From positions 1,440,001-1,472,000 of the forward strand of contig CAWJMG010000003.1 in assembly GCA_963843975.1 (NCBI GenBank): 32,000 nt of DNA. Reading direction: 5' to 3'. Source of the stretch: an uncultured Actinomycetes bacterium (GTDB lineage Bacteria; Actinomycetota; Actinomycetes; S36-B12; CAIYMF01). The notes beneath the pieces were generated by a model that searched no databases, was not told where the DNA came from, and saw only the letters and a list, made by a program, of their open reading frames with translations. The position numbers and the translations under genes were made by a program. Of the stretch, positions 20,232 through 31,127 are shown piece after piece (position 1 is the stretch's first letter; every line of letters starts with the position of its first letter).

Positions 20232-21152
20232 TCAGGACGCCGACGCGGACGGCGAGGCGCCGGCGGTGGGCGACGAGCCGGCGGTCGGGGTGGCCGAGGG
20301 CGTGGGCTTGGGCGGCAGGACGGAGTCGCGCGGATCGGTGCGCGGGCCCTGCGTGACGACGCCGACGAGGTCGAGCGTGGTCACGTCGACGAACGGCACG
20401 ACGGTCGCGATGCGCGTCAGCTGCCCGGGCGTGCCCCGGACGTCGGTGATCGTGCCGAGGGGGATGCCGGCGACGTACACGCCGCCCTCGAAGCCGAAGG
20501 AGACCAGCCGGTCGCCGGCCTGGACAGGGGCGAAGGGGTCGAGCAGCTGGAGCTCGAGCGAGCGGGGGTCGCCGGTGCCGTTGAGGAACCCCTTCTCCCC
20601 CGAGGCCTCGACGCGGGCGCCGACCGTGGAGGTCGCGTCGACGATGAGCGCGACGACCGACGTGCTCTCGGTGACGCGGATGACGCGGCCGACGAGGCCC
20701 TGGCCGTTGATGACGTTCTGGTCGACCTTCACGCCGTCCTTGCTCCCGGCGTCGATCGTGACCGTCCAGGCGAAGCCCTGCGTCGGACCGGACGCCACGA
20801 CCTGGGCGGGGACGGTCGTGTACTGGCCGCGGCCGGCGAGGCCCAGCAGGTCGTCGAGCTCGCGGGCTCGCTTGCGGTCGAACTCGGAGGTGTTGACCTG
20901 CTGCTGCAGCTCGTCGATCTGGGCCTGCAGGTCGGCGATCTGCTGGTCCTTGGAGCCGAGGCTGCCGATCGAGCCGAAGAAGTCGCTGACCGGGCGGGTG
21001 ATGCTGCTGATCGCCGTCTGCACCGGGCCGAAGAAGCCGCCGGCGGTGTCGCGGGCGCCGTCCCCGCTGCCGCGGAGGTTGAGGATGACGAGCGTCAGGG
21101 ACGTCAGCAGGAGCAGACCGAGGATGGTCCGCGTCCTTCTGTTGTCCCGCAT
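20232..21152 (-). CDS. mreC: Rod shape-determining protein MreC
   Basis: 306 aa. It has an N-terminal TM segment, a coiled-coil segment (QQIADLQAQIDELQQQV), MreC beta-barrel region motifs (GQGLVGRV, GIPLGTI) and a Pro/Ser/Thr-rich tail. Confidence 0.9.
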   Translation of the reverse strand: MRDNRRTRTILGLLLLTSLTLVILNLRGSGDGARDTAGGFFGPVQTAISSITRPVSDFFGSIGSLGSKDQQIADLQAQIDELQQQVNTSEFDRKRARELDDLLGLAGRGQYTTVPAQVVASGPTQGFAWTVTIDAGSKDGVKVDQNVINGQGLVGRVIRVTESTSVVALIVDATSTVGARVEASGEKGFLNGTGDPRSLELQLLDPFAPVQAGDRLVSFGFEGGVYVAGIPLGTITDVRGTPGQLTRIATVVPFVDVTTLDLVGVVTQGPRTDPRDSVLPPKPTPSATPTAGSSPTAGASPSASAS

Positions 21153-21184
21153 GGACGTGCTGCTCCCTGTCGCCTGTCATGACG

Positions 21185-21216
21185 TGCGCCCGCGACGTAG
21201 TGACGTCGCGGGCGCA
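21185..21216 (-). terminator. Hairpin A in the mreB-mreC spacer (14-bp perfect stem, loop agtg)
   Basis: Sequence: TGCGCCCGCGACGT-agtg-ACGTCGCGGGCGCA. It lies 32 nt upstream of the mreC start. Confidence 0.5.
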
Positions 21217-21233
21217 AGCCTAGGTTCCGGCCG

Positions 21234-21259
21234 GGGTGTGCGACGCAGGTCGCACACCC
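21234..21259 (-). terminator. Hairpin B in the mreB-mreC spacer (11-bp perfect stem, loop gcag)
   Basis: Sequence: GGGTGTGCGAC-gcag-GTCGCACACCC. It lies 8 nt downstream of the mreB stop. Confidence 0.5.
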
Positions 21260-21267
21260 TCGGCGCG

Positions 21268-22299
21268 TCAGTTGCGGGGCTCGGAGATGAGCACCTGCTG
21301 CAGAGCCTCGAACTCCTCGACGCACTTGCCCGAGCCGAGGGCGACGCAGTCGAGCGGGTCCTCGGCGATCACGATCGGCATGCCGGTCTCGTGACGCAGG
21401 CGCTCGTCGAGACCCGCGAGGAGAGCGCCGCCGCCGGTGAGGACGATGCCGCGGTCCATGATGTCGCCGGAGAGCTCCGGCGGCGTGCGGTCGAGCGTGG
21501 TCTTGACGGCGTCGACGATCGCGTTGACCGGCTCGTCGATGGCGCGGCGGATCTCCTCCGCCGTGACGACGATCGTGCGCGGCAGGCCGGTGACGAGGTC
21601 GCGGCCGCGGATCTCCGCGTGCGGCTCGTCGGGAGCCGGGAAGGCCGAGCCGATGGCCATCTTGATCTCCTCGGCGGTGCGCTCGCCGAGCATGAGGGAG
21701 TACTCCTTCTTCACGTAGTTGATGATCGCGCTGTCGAGCTCGTCACCGCCCACGCGGATGGACAGGCTGGTCACGATGCCGCCGAGGGAGATGACCGCGA
21801 CCTCGGTGGTGCCACCGCCGATGTCGACGACCATGTTGCCGGTCGGCTCGTGCACGGGGAGCCCGGCGCCGATGGCGGCGGCCATGGGCTCCTCGATGAT
21901 GTAGACCTTGCGGGCGCCGGCGGCGTACCCGGCGTCCTTCACCGCACGCTGCTCGACGCCGGTGATGCCCGAGGGCACGCAGACGACGAGGCGCGGCTTG
22001 GCCAGGTGGCGCCGCTTGTGCACCTTCTGGATGAAGTAGCGGAGCATGCGCTCGGTGGTGTCGAAGTCGGCGATGACGCCGTCCTTCAGGGGGCGGATGG
22101 CGACGATGTTGCCCGGCGTGCGGCCGATCATCTTCTTCGCCTCGGCGCCCACGGCAAGGATGCCGCCGGTGTTGTTGTTGATCGCGACGACGCTGGGCTC
22201 GTTGAGCACGATGCCGCGGCCACGCACGTAGACGAGCGTGTTCGCCGTACCCAGGTCGACGGCCATGTCACGACCGATGAACGACAGGTTGTTGGCCAT
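21268..22299 (-). CDS. mreB: Rod shape-determining protein MreB (actin homologue)
   Basis: 343 aa. The N-terminus [25 protein letters not shown] and the phosphate-binding motif [11 protein letters not shown] are canonical. Confidence 0.97.
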   Translation of the reverse strand: MANNLSFIGRDMAVDLGTANTLVYVRGRGIVLNEPSVVAINNNTGGILAVGAEAKKMIGRTPGNIVAIRPLKDGVIADFDTTERMLRYFIQKVHKRRHLAKPRLVVCVPSGITGVEQRAVKDAGYAAGARKVYIIEEPMAAAIGAGLPVHEPTGNMVVDIGGGTTEVAVISLGGIVTSLSIRVGGDELDSAIINYVKKEYSLMLGERTAEEIKMAIGSAFPAPDEPHAEIRGRDLVTGLPRTIVVTAEEIRRAIDEPVNAIVDAVKTTLDRTPPELSGDIMDRGIVLTGGGALLAGLDERLRHETGMPIVIAEDPLDCVALGSGKCVEEFEALQQVLISEPRN

Positions 22300-22481
22300 A
22301 GGGCGGGGAAGCCTTCCGGGTGGTTCTGGGCGTGCCGAGCAGCGGTGCGCAGCGCGATCGAGACCTCAGGGTAACGGCCAGACGGCGTCCCCCGGAAATG
22401 TCGCCCGGACGTGCAGGCGGCCCCTGAGCAGGAACAGGTGACCCAGCGTGACCGAAACCACGCCCGCCCCAGGTCGAAATC

Positions 22482-22536
22482 GGCCCCTGAGGGTCGCGAA
22501 GCGCCCTTCAAGGGCACTTCGTGACCCTCAGGGGCC
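22482..22536. repeat. 55-bp palindromic element, copy 2 (27+1+27); probable terminator or REP-like element 9 nt downstream of ndk
   Basis: Sequence: GGCCCCTGAGGGTCGCGAAGCGCCCTT-C-AAGGGCACTTCGTGACCCTCAGGGGCC. The arms are complementary at 25 of 27 positions. It uses the same 19-mer module as 2186-2240, but in the swapped order. Confidence 0.8.
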
Positions 22537-22545
22537 GAAGGAGAC

Positions 22546-22953
22546 CTAGAGGTTCGGGAAGAAGAGGGCGATCTCGCGGGCGGCGGACTCCGGGGAGTCC
22601 GAGCCGTGGGAGACGTTCTCGCTCATGACCGTGGCGAGGTCGCCGCGGATGGTGCCGGGAGCGGCCTTGGCCGGGTCGGTGGCGCCCATCATCGTGCGCC
22701 ACGACGCGATGGCCTCGCGGCCCTCGATCACGGCCGCGAGCAGCGGGCCCGAGGTGATGAAGTCGACCAGCTCGCCGAAGAACGGCTTCTCGGCGTGCGC
22801 GCCGTAGTGCGACTCGGCGGTGGCACGGTCGAGGGTGCGGAGCTCGAGGGCGACGAGCGTGAAGCCCTTGCGCTCGATCCGCGAGAGCACCTCGCCGACG
22901 AGGCCGCGGGCCACGCCGTCGGGCTTGACGAGGACGAGGGTGCGCTCGGACAC
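22546..22953 (-). CDS. ndk: Nucleoside-diphosphate kinase
   Basis: The track ORF is over-extended to 23076. The GTG at 22951-22953 has AGGAG 7 nt upstream. The product starts (M)[13 protein letters not shown] and carries the active-site motif NVSHGSDS. Length is 135 aa. Confidence 0.95.
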   Translation of the reverse strand: MSERTLVLVKPDGVARGLVGEVLSRIERKGFTLVALELRTLDRATAESHYGAHAEKPFFGELVDFITSGPLLAAVIEGREAIASWRTMMGATDPAKAAPGTIRGDLATVMSENVSHGSDSPESAAREIALFFPNL

Positions 22954-23011
22954 GGGGGAACTCCTGTACGACGAAGGGGACGCCGCCCCAGCACGGAGCA
23001 GCGCAGCGATC

Positions 23012-23518
23012 CTAACGGGCGTCCGCGGGACCGGGATCGGGCGTCGGGACGTCGGCCGCCTCACCGTCGGTGCCACCCGACGCGGGGACGTCGGCGGACT
23101 CGCTCGAACCAGGCTCCGGGAGATCGGCCACCCCGGACCCCGTCTCGGCGCCGTCCGCCGCGAGCTTGGACTGCTCGGCCTGCCAGGCCGCCTCGGTCGC
23201 GGCGTTCCGAGCCGCCAGGGCGTCGCCCTTGGCGCCGTAGATCACGCCGACCACCCAGACGCCGAGGAACACCAGTCCGAGCACGGCCATGGCCGGCACC
23301 ACGAATCCGGTGAGGACGACGAGCCCCTGGAGCACCCAGCCGACCGCGACCCCGCGCGGGCGGCGTACGGCGCCGGAGCCGAGGGCCAGCAGGATCGCGA
23401 GCACCCCCAGCACGATCGCGGCGGTCGCCCCCCGGTCGTCGACGGCGAGCGCGACGGGTACGGCGAGGGCGACGACGATCGCCTCGAGCAGCAGGATCGC
23501 GGGCAGGACGATCTTCAC
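23012..23518 (-). CDS. DUF4233 domain-containing membrane protein
   Basis: GTG start at 23516-23518 with GAGGG 7 nt upstream, 10 nt after the folC stop. The protein has 4 predicted TM helices ((M)[24 protein letters not shown]...) and an acidic Ala/Gly/Pro tail. The position between folC and ndk matches the conserved actinobacterial arrangement. Confidence 0.8.
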   Translation of the reverse strand: MKIVLPAILLLEAIVVALAVPVALAVDDRGATAAIVLGVLAILLALGSGAVRRPRGVAVGWVLQGLVVLTGFVVPAMAVLGLVFLGVWVVGVIYGAKGDALAARNAATEAAWQAEQSKLAADGAETGSGVADLPEPGSSESADVPASGGTDGEAADVPTPDPGPADAR

Positions 23519-23528
23519 CGCAGCGCCC

Positions 23529-25145
23529 TCATGCCTCGACCCGGCCGAGGAGCGCACGCGCCTCGGCCGCCGTGACGACAGAACCGGTGACGAGCACGCC
23601 CGCTCCCCCACCGAGCTCGATCGACGCCTCGTCGGCGCGCTCGATCGCGAGGTCGAGCGCCTCGGACAGCCGCGACGTCGAGTGCACGCGCTCCTGGCCG
23701 AACACCTCGACCGCGAGGGCGGCGAGCTCGTCGGGGTCGACCGCACGCGGCGACGACGACCGGGTCACGACGACCTCGGCCAGGACCGGCTCGAGCGCCT
23801 CGAGGAGGCCGCGCGCGTCCTTGTCGGACAGGATGCCGACCACGCCGACCAGATGCGTGAACTCGAACCCGTCGACGATCGCGGCCGCGAGAGCCCGTGC
23901 GCCGTGCGGGTTGTGGGCCGCGTCGACGACGACGGTCGGCCCGCGGCGCACGACCTCGAGCCGCCCGGGCGAGGTCACCGCGGCGAAGCCGGCGCGCACG
24001 AGCTCGGGGTCGAGGCTCTGCGAGCCCCCGCCGAGGAACGCCTCGACCGCTGCGAGCGCCACCGCGGCGTTCGACGCCTGGTGCTCGCCGAACAGTGGAA
24101 GGAAGATGTCGTCGTAGCGCGAGCCCGGGCCCTGCAGCGAGAGCACCTGGCCGCCGATGGCCGGTGCGCGGCTGACGACGCCGAACTCCACGCCCTCGCG
24201 CGCGACCGTGGCGCCCGCCTCGACCGAGCGGCGCAGCAGGACCTCCGCGGCCTCGAGCCCCTGGTGGGCGAGGACGACGGCCGCCTCGTCCTTGATGATC
24301 CCGGCCTTCTCGCCCGCGATCGTGGCGATCTCGGTGCCGAGGTACTCCTGGTGGTCGAGGTCGACCGGGGTGACGACGGCGACCACGCCGTCCGCGACGT
24401 TGGTGGCGTCCCACCTGCCGCCCATGCCGGTCTCGACGACCGCGACGTCGACGGGCGCGTCGGCGAAGGTCGCGAACGCCATGACCGTGAGCATCTCGAA
24501 GTACGACAGGCGCGGACCGCCGAGCTCGACCGTGCGGCGGTCGACCGCGTCGACGTACGGCGCGATGTCGTCGTGCACGGAGACGAAACGCTCCATGTCG
24601 ACGGGCTCGCCGTCGAGCCTGATCCGCTCGCGCACGGAGTGCAGGTGCGGGCTGGTGGTGAGACCGGTGCGCAGGCCGAAGGCGCGCAGCAGCGACTCGA
24701 TCATGCGGGCCGTGGACGTCTTGCCGTTCGTGCCCGCGACGTGGATGACCGGGTAGGCCTTCTGCGGGTCGCCGAGTACGTCGACGACCGCGCGCACGCG
24801 GTCGAGACTCGGCTCGATCTTCGTCTCGGGCCAGCGCGTGGCGAGCTCGCGCTCGACCTCGAGGTAGCGGGCGAGCAGGCCTGTGTGGGCGTCGTCGCCG
24901 AGGGGTGCCGCCGGGGCGTCCTCGTCGACCTCGCGGGCGCCCCAGAGGTCGAGCTCGTCCTCGTCGATGGCCGCGCCGAGGCCGGAGTCGTCCTCGTCGT
25001 CGACGACGATCGGGCCGCGCAGCTCGTCGCGCAGCCGCACGAGCTCGCGATCGGCGTCCTCCTCGGACTCCTCGCCACCCTCGTCGTCGGCGTCGGCGGG
25101 GTCATCGAAGTAGGGGTCGTCGTCGTCCTCGTCACGGGGTGCCAC
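23529..25145 (-). CDS. folC: Bifunctional folylpolyglutamate synthase / dihydrofolate synthase, with an acidic N-terminal extension (start uncertain)
   Basis: It has the Mur-ligase P-loop HVAGTNGKTST and a FolC-like core from LLARYLEVERELATRWPETK to the stop at 23529. Possible in-frame starts are GTG 25040, GTG 25145 and ATG 25208. GC3 falls off upstream of 25145, so I chose that one (538 aa). Confidence 0.85.
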   Translation of the reverse strand: MAPRDEDDDDPYFDDPADADDEGGEESEEDADRELVRLRDELRGPIVVDDEDDSGLGAAIDEDELDLWGAREVDEDAPAAPLGDDAHTGLLARYLEVERELATRWPETKIEPSLDRVRAVVDVLGDPQKAYPVIHVAGTNGKTSTARMIESLLRAFGLRTGLTTSPHLHSVRERIRLDGEPVDMERFVSVHDDIAPYVDAVDRRTVELGGPRLSYFEMLTVMAFATFADAPVDVAVVETGMGGRWDATNVADGVVAVVTPVDLDHQEYLGTEIATIAGEKAGIIKDEAAVVLAHQGLEAAEVLLRRSVEAGATVAREGVEFGVVSRAPAIGGQVLSLQGPGSRYDDIFLPLFGEHQASNAAVALAAVEAFLGGGSQSLDPELVRAGFAAVTSPGRLEVVRRGPTVVVDAAHNPHGARALAAAIVDGFEFTHLVGVVGILSDKDARGLLEALEPVLAEVVVTRSSSPRAVDPDELAALAVEVFGQERVHSTSRLSEALDLAIERADEASIELGGGAGVLVTGSVVTAAEARALLGRVEA

Positions 25146-25236
25146 GAGCCGAAAGCCTACGGCCCTCCGGGCCCCCGCTCCCCCGGGCGGCAATGCGGTC
25201 GGAGGCATGGCCCCACGTTCCCTAGGATTACGGCCC

Positions 25237-27804
25237 ATGAGCACCCCTGCGCACGACACGCGCGTCCCTGAGAAGCCGACCGTCGACGGCCTCGAGGACC
25301 GCTGGGCGGGCGTATGGGAGTCGCAAGGCACCTACCGGTTCGACCGGTCGAGGACCCGCGAGCAGATCTACTCGATCGACACACCTCCCCCCACGGTCAG
25401 CGGCTCGCTCCACGTCGGCCACGTGTTCTCGTACACGCACACCGACTGCATCGCGCGCTACCAGCGCATGCGCGGGCTCGAGGTGTTCTACCCGATGGGC
25501 TGGGACGACAACGGCCTGCCGACCGAGCGTCGGGTGCAGAACTACTTCGGCGTGCGCTGCGACCCGTCGCTGCCGTACGTCGAGGGCTACCAGCCGCCGG
25601 AGAAGCCCGGCAAGGACCAGGTGCCGATCTCGCGCCGCAACTTCGTCGAGCTGTGCGAGCGCCTCACGATCGAGGACGAGAAGGTCTTCGAGGAGCTCTG
25701 GCGCCGCCTCGGCCTGTCCGTCGACTGGGAGCAGAAGTACCAGACCATCGACGCCAACGCGCAGAGCACGAGCCAGCGCGCGTTCCTGCGCAACCTCGCC
25801 CGCGGCGAGGCCTACCAGGCCGAGGCGCCGACCCTCTGGGACGTCACCTTCCGCACCGCCGTGGCCCAGGCCGAGCTCGAGGACCGCGAGCGCGAGGGCA
25901 AGTACTTCCGCATCGGCTTCCCCGCGCCCGACGGCAGCCGCATCTTCATCGAGACCACGCGGCCCGAGCTGCTCGCCGCGTGCGTGGCTCTCGTGGCGCA
26001 CCCGGACGACGAGCGCTACCAGCCCCTGTTCGGCACCACGGTCACGACGCCGATCTTCGGCGTCGAGGTGCCCGTGCTCGCGCACCACCTCGCCGACCCC
26101 GAGAAGGGGTCCGGCATCGCGATGATCTGCACCTTCGGAGACACCACCGACGTCACGTGGTGGCGTGAGCTGCAGCTGCAGACCCGCCCGATCATCGGCT
26201 GGGACGGCCGGATCCTGCCCGAGACGCCGGAGTGGATATCGACCGACGCAGGTCGAGACCTGTACGCAGCCATCGCCGGCGCCACGTCGTTCACCGCCAA
26301 GGAGCGGATGGTCGAGGCGCTCGACGCCGCCGGCTTCACCGAGGGCGAGCCGCGCCCGACCGTGCAGCAGGTGAAGTTCTTCGAGAAGGGCGACAAGCCG
26401 CTCGAGATCGTCACCACCCGCCAGTGGTACATCCGCAACGGCGGTCGCGAGGCCGACCTGCGCCAGCGCCTCGTCGAGCGCGGCGCCGAGCTGCAGTGGC
26501 ACCCGCCGTACATGCAGGCGCGCTACACCTCGTGGGTCGAGGGCCTCAACGGCGACTGGCTCATCTCGCGCCAGCGCTTCTTCGGCGTGCCGGTGCCGAT
26601 CTGGTACCGCCTCGACGAGCACGGCCTCCCCCTCTACGACCAGCTGCTGCTCCCCACCGAGGACCAGCTGCCGATCGACCCGTCGAGCCAGGCACCCGAC
26701 GGCTTCGACGAGAGCCAGCGCGGCGAGCCGGGCGGCTTCACGGGCGACCCCGACATCATGGACACCTGGGCCACGTCGTCCCTCTCGCCCCAGATCGCCG
26801 GCGGCTGGGCGTACGACGCCGACCTCTGGCCCCGCCTCTGGCCGTTCGACCTCCGCCCGCAGGCCCACGAGATCATCCGCACCTGGCTGTTCTCCTCGGT
26901 CGTGCGCGCGCACCTCGAGGACGACGTCCTGCCGTGGAAGCACGCCGCGATCAGCGGCTGGATCCTCGACCCCGACCGCAAGAAGATGAGCAAGTCCAAG
27001 GGCAACGTCGTGACGCCCATGGGCCTGCTCGACCAGCACGGCGCCGACGCGGTGCGCTACTGGGCGGCCTCCGGACGCCCCGGCACGGACACCGCGTTCG
27101 ACGAGGGCCAGATGAAGATCGGCCGCCGTCTCGCGATCAAGCTGCTCAACGCCAGCAAGTTCGTGCTCGGCCTCGGCGCGGCGCTCCCCACCGACCCGGC
27201 GGTGGTGTCCGACCCGCTCGACCGCGCGATGCTCGCGCAGCTCGCCGACGTCGTCCGCGACGCCACCGCGGCGTACGACGACTACAACTACGCGCGCGCC
27301 CTCGAGCTCGCGGAGCAGTTCTTCTGGTCGTTCTGCGACGACCACGTCGAGCTCGTGAAGGATCGCGCGTACGGCGGTCGTGGCGAGGAGGGTGCCGCGT
27401 CGGCCAAGGCCGCGCTCGCCCTGGCGTTGTCGGTGCAGCTGCGCCTGTTCGCCCCCGTGCTGCCCTTCGTGACCGAGGAGGTCTGGTCGTGGTGGCTGGA
27501 GGGCAGCGTGCACCGCGCCCCCTGGCCGACCCTCGACGAGCTCGCCGGCACGACCGGCGACGCAGCGGTGGTCTCGGACGTCGCCCTCGCGCTCTCGGGC
27601 ATCCGCAAGGCCAAGAGCGAGGCCAAGGCCTCGATGCGCGCCGACGTCGAGCGCGCCACGGTGACGGCCTCGGCAGCAGCCGCGGCACGGCTGCGTCTCG
27701 CGGCTGCGGACCTCGCGGCGGCGGGCAGGGTGGCGGCCTTCGACGTGGTCGAGGCCGACGGCCCGATCTCGGTCGAGGTCGTGCTCGCCCCCGTGGCCGA
27801 GTGA
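25237..27804 (+). CDS. valS: Valine--tRNA ligase
   Basis: 855 aa counted from ATG 25237 ([23 protein letters not shown]); the track begins 10 codons earlier. It has the class I motifs HVGH (SGSLHVGH) and KMSKS. The N-terminal region [26 protein letters not shown]...[13 protein letters not shown] is as in actinobacterial ValRS. Confidence 0.93.
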   Translation: MSTPAHDTRVPEKPTVDGLEDRWAGVWESQGTYRFDRSRTREQIYSIDTPPPTVSGSLHVGHVFSYTHTDCIARYQRMRGLEVFYPMGWDDNGLPTERRVQNYFGVRCDPSLPYVEGYQPPEKPGKDQVPISRRNFVELCERLTIEDEKVFEELWRRLGLSVDWEQKYQTIDANAQSTSQRAFLRNLARGEAYQAEAPTLWDVTFRTAVAQAELEDREREGKYFRIGFPAPDGSRIFIETTRPELLAACVALVAHPDDERYQPLFGTTVTTPIFGVEVPVLAHHLADPEKGSGIAMICTFGDTTDVTWWRELQLQTRPIIGWDGRILPETPEWISTDAGRDLYAAIAGATSFTAKERMVEALDAAGFTEGEPRPTVQQVKFFEKGDKPLEIVTTRQWYIRNGGREADLRQRLVERGAELQWHPPYMQARYTSWVEGLNGDWLISRQRFFGVPVPIWYRLDEHGLPLYDQLLLPTEDQLPIDPSSQAPDGFDESQRGEPGGFTGDPDIMDTWATSSLSPQIAGGWAYDADLWPRLWPFDLRPQAHEIIRTWLFSSVVRAHLEDDVLPWKHAAISGWILDPDRKKMSKSKGNVVTPMGLLDQHGADAVRYWAASGRPGTDTAFDEGQMKIGRRLAIKLLNASKFVLGLGAALPTDPAVVSDPLDRAMLAQLADVVRDATAAYDDYNYARALELAEQFFWSFCDDHVELVKDRAYGGRGEEGAASAKAALALALSVQLRLFAPVLPFVTEEVWSWWLEGSVHRAPWPTLDELAGTTGDAAVVSDVALALSGIRKAKSEAKASMRADVERATVTASAAAAARLRLAAADLAAAGRVAAFDVVEADGPISVEVVLAPVAE

Positions 27805-27852
27805 CCGGCTGACGGCGACCCTTCCGGCGTCACCCGGCGCTACCGTGACGGC

Positions 27853-28935
27853 GTGACGTTCCCCCAGCAACCGGAGCCCTACGAGCACGGGTCGACCGTG
27901 CTCCCCGGCGTCCCGCTGCCCGCGAGCGCCCACCCGCACCCGCCCGAGCCGCCGCCGGCACCTTCGCAGGCTCCGGCAACACCGTCGGAGGCACCGGCAG
28001 GCCCGCCTGCGCCGGTGCAGGACGCGTCGCCCGCTCCCGAGGCACCGGCGAAGCCGCCGTGGTGGAAGAAGCAGGTGGGCGGCGGGAAGAAAACGGCTGC
28101 CACGGCCGACGCCGCACCTGAGGTGGCCGAAGCACCGGCCGCTCCCCCGGCCCCGCTGCCTCTCCCACCGCCGACCACCGCCCCGGTGAGCAGCCAGCCA
28201 GCACCCACCGCCGCTGCGACCGCGCCCTCCCCGGGCATCGAGCCATCCGCAGCCCCGGCGCCGGCAACCGAGGCACCCGCTCCCGTCCGAGGGCGTCACG
28301 CGTCGGCGCCCGTGCCCCCGGAGGCCCCGGCCGCAGGGCGCAGCCGCGTCCTGCTCCTCGGCCTCGTCGGGCTGCTCGTCGTGCTCGCCGCGGTCGCAGC
28401 CTTCGTGTGGCCGGGCTTCCTCACCTCGTCCGACGACGACACCAGCGGCATCGGGCCCACGACCCCGCCGACGACCGCACCGTCGGTCACGCTCGTGACA
28501 CCGGCGACGATCGACGGCCTGCGCAGGTTCACCGGAGCGGCCGACAAGGCGCTCGCGGCCTCGGTGGGCAAGGGTTCTGTCGACGGCCTCACCGACCCGG
28601 TGAGCGCGGTCTACGGCAAGAGCACGACGCCGGTGGTGCAGGTGATCGCCTGGAACGCGGTGTCGCCGCCGGCGACCGACACCGTGACGGCCGCGTTCAC
28701 CGGCTACGAGGGCTCGACCGGCGCGAAGGTCACCGCCCTGCGCGAGGTCACGGCGCCCGGGCTCTCGGGCCACATGGAGTGCGGCCTCGCCACGGTGAAG
28801 AAGGCCAAGACCCTGCAGTGCTTCTGGGCCGACGAGTTCTCGGTCGGCTCGGTCACCGTGTTCAGCCCGAAGAGCCGCGACTCGGCGACGTCGACAGCGA
28901 CGTCCGTGCGCGTGGCGGTGGAGCAGAAGGCCTGA
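27853..28935 (+). CDS. Hypothetical single-pass membrane protein with a Pro/Ala-rich N-terminal region
   Basis: 360 aa with a GTG start and no clear SD. About 165 aa of PAPE-type low complexity is followed by a TM helix ([21 protein letters not shown]), then a C-terminal domain of about 165 aa containing two Cys (HMECG, LQCFW). I recognise no family. Confidence 0.65.
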   Translation: MTFPQQPEPYEHGSTVLPGVPLPASAHPHPPEPPPAPSQAPATPSEAPAGPPAPVQDASPAPEAPAKPPWWKKQVGGGKKTAATADAAPEVAEAPAAPPAPLPLPPPTTAPVSSQPAPTAAATAPSPGIEPSAAPAPATEAPAPVRGRHASAPVPPEAPAAGRSRVLLLGLVGLLVVLAAVAAFVWPGFLTSSDDDTSGIGPTTPPTTAPSVTLVTPATIDGLRRFTGAADKALAASVGKGSVDGLTDPVSAVYGKSTTPVVQVIAWNAVSPPATDTVTAAFTGYEGSTGAKVTALREVTAPGLSGHMECGLATVKKAKTLQCFWADEFSVGSVTVFSPKSRDSATSTATSVRVAVEQKA

Positions 28936-28949
28936 CGGCCCGAGAGCGA

Positions 28950-30237
<1,288 letters not shown>

Positions 30238-30369
30238 GTGTCCTCCTCGGGTCCGTGCAGGAAATGACGGGGCGCGCCCTGCGCCCGTGCTGATGCCGAC
30301 GGTACCCCGTCGAGGGCCGGGACACGCGGCTGGAAACACGCGCGGCGGACCCGTTATGCCGACAGCGCA

Positions 30370-30400
30370 ACGCCCGTCCGACGTGGTGCCGGACGGGCGT
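30370..30400 (-). terminator. Hairpin (11-bp perfect stem, 9-nt loop) 48 nt downstream of clpP2
   Basis: Sequence: ACGCCCGTCCG-acgtggtgc-CGGACGGGCGT. It lies in the 211-bp clpP2-clpX spacer. Confidence 0.45.
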
Positions 30401-30448
30401 CGTCGCTGGTCAGAGGCCTGTGGCCGCTGTCGGCGCGCGGTGCTCGAA

Positions 30449-31096
30449 CTAGACGACGGCGGCCTTGCGGCTCGGGATCACCGAGTCGACGATGCCGTAC
30501 TCGACGGCCTCGTCGGCCGTGAGGATCTTGTCGCGCTCGATGTCCTTCTTGACCTGCTCCGGGTCGCGCCCGGTGTGCTTGGCGAGGATCGACTCCATCG
30601 CCGTACGCATGCGCAGGAGCTCGGCCGCCTGGATCTCGATGTCCGTGCCCTGGCCGCCACCCTCGGTGTACGGCTGGTGGATCAGGACGCGGGAGTTCGG
30701 CAGGGCGTAGCGCTTGCCCGGGGTGCCGGCACCGAGGAGCACCGCGGCGGCCGAGGCCGCCTGGCCGAGGCACACGGTGGTGATCTGCGGCTTGACGAAC
30801 TGCATCGTGTCGTAGATCGCCGTCATAGCGGTGTACGAGCCGCCGGGCGAGTTGATGTAGATGCTGATGTCGCGGTCGGGGTCCATCGACTCCAGGCACA
30901 GGAGCTGTGCCATGACGTCGTCGGCGCTCGCGTCGTCGATCTGCACGCCGAGGAAGACGATGCGCTCCTCGAAGAGCTTGGAGTACGGGTCGTAGCGCTT
31001 GTAGCCCTGGGGCGAGCGCTCCTCGAACTGGGGCAGGACGTAGCGCGCCTGCGGGCCGGGGGCGGTGATGCCCGACGGGGTGAACAGCTGGCTCAT
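30449..31096 (-). CDS. clpP2: ATP-dependent Clp protease proteolytic subunit ClpP2
   Basis: 215 aa. The N-terminus ([12 protein letters not shown]...[13 protein letters not shown]) and the Ser context [11 protein letters not shown] resemble mycobacterial ClpP2. The His (RVLIHQP) and Asp ([13 protein letters not shown]) of the catalytic triad are present. Confidence 0.95.
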   Translation of the reverse strand: MSQLFTPSGITAPGPQARYVLPQFEERSPQGYKRYDPYSKLFEERIVFLGVQIDDASADDVMAQLLCLESMDPDRDISIYINSPGGSYTAMTAIYDTMQFVKPQITTVCLGQAASAAAVLLGAGTPGKRYALPNSRVLIHQPYTEGGGQGTDIEIQAAELLRMRTAMESILAKHTGRDPEQVKKDIERDKILTADEAVEYGIVDSVIPSRKAAVV

Positions 31097-31127
31097 GTCG
31101 TAGGTCTCCGTATCCGTCGGTCGCTGA

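Noticed and set aside
25146-25236. A possible T-box or other riboswitch leader upstream of valS
   Set aside because: The whole divergent spacer is at most 91 bp, far too short for a T-box. No specifier or terminator-antiterminator structures are visible.
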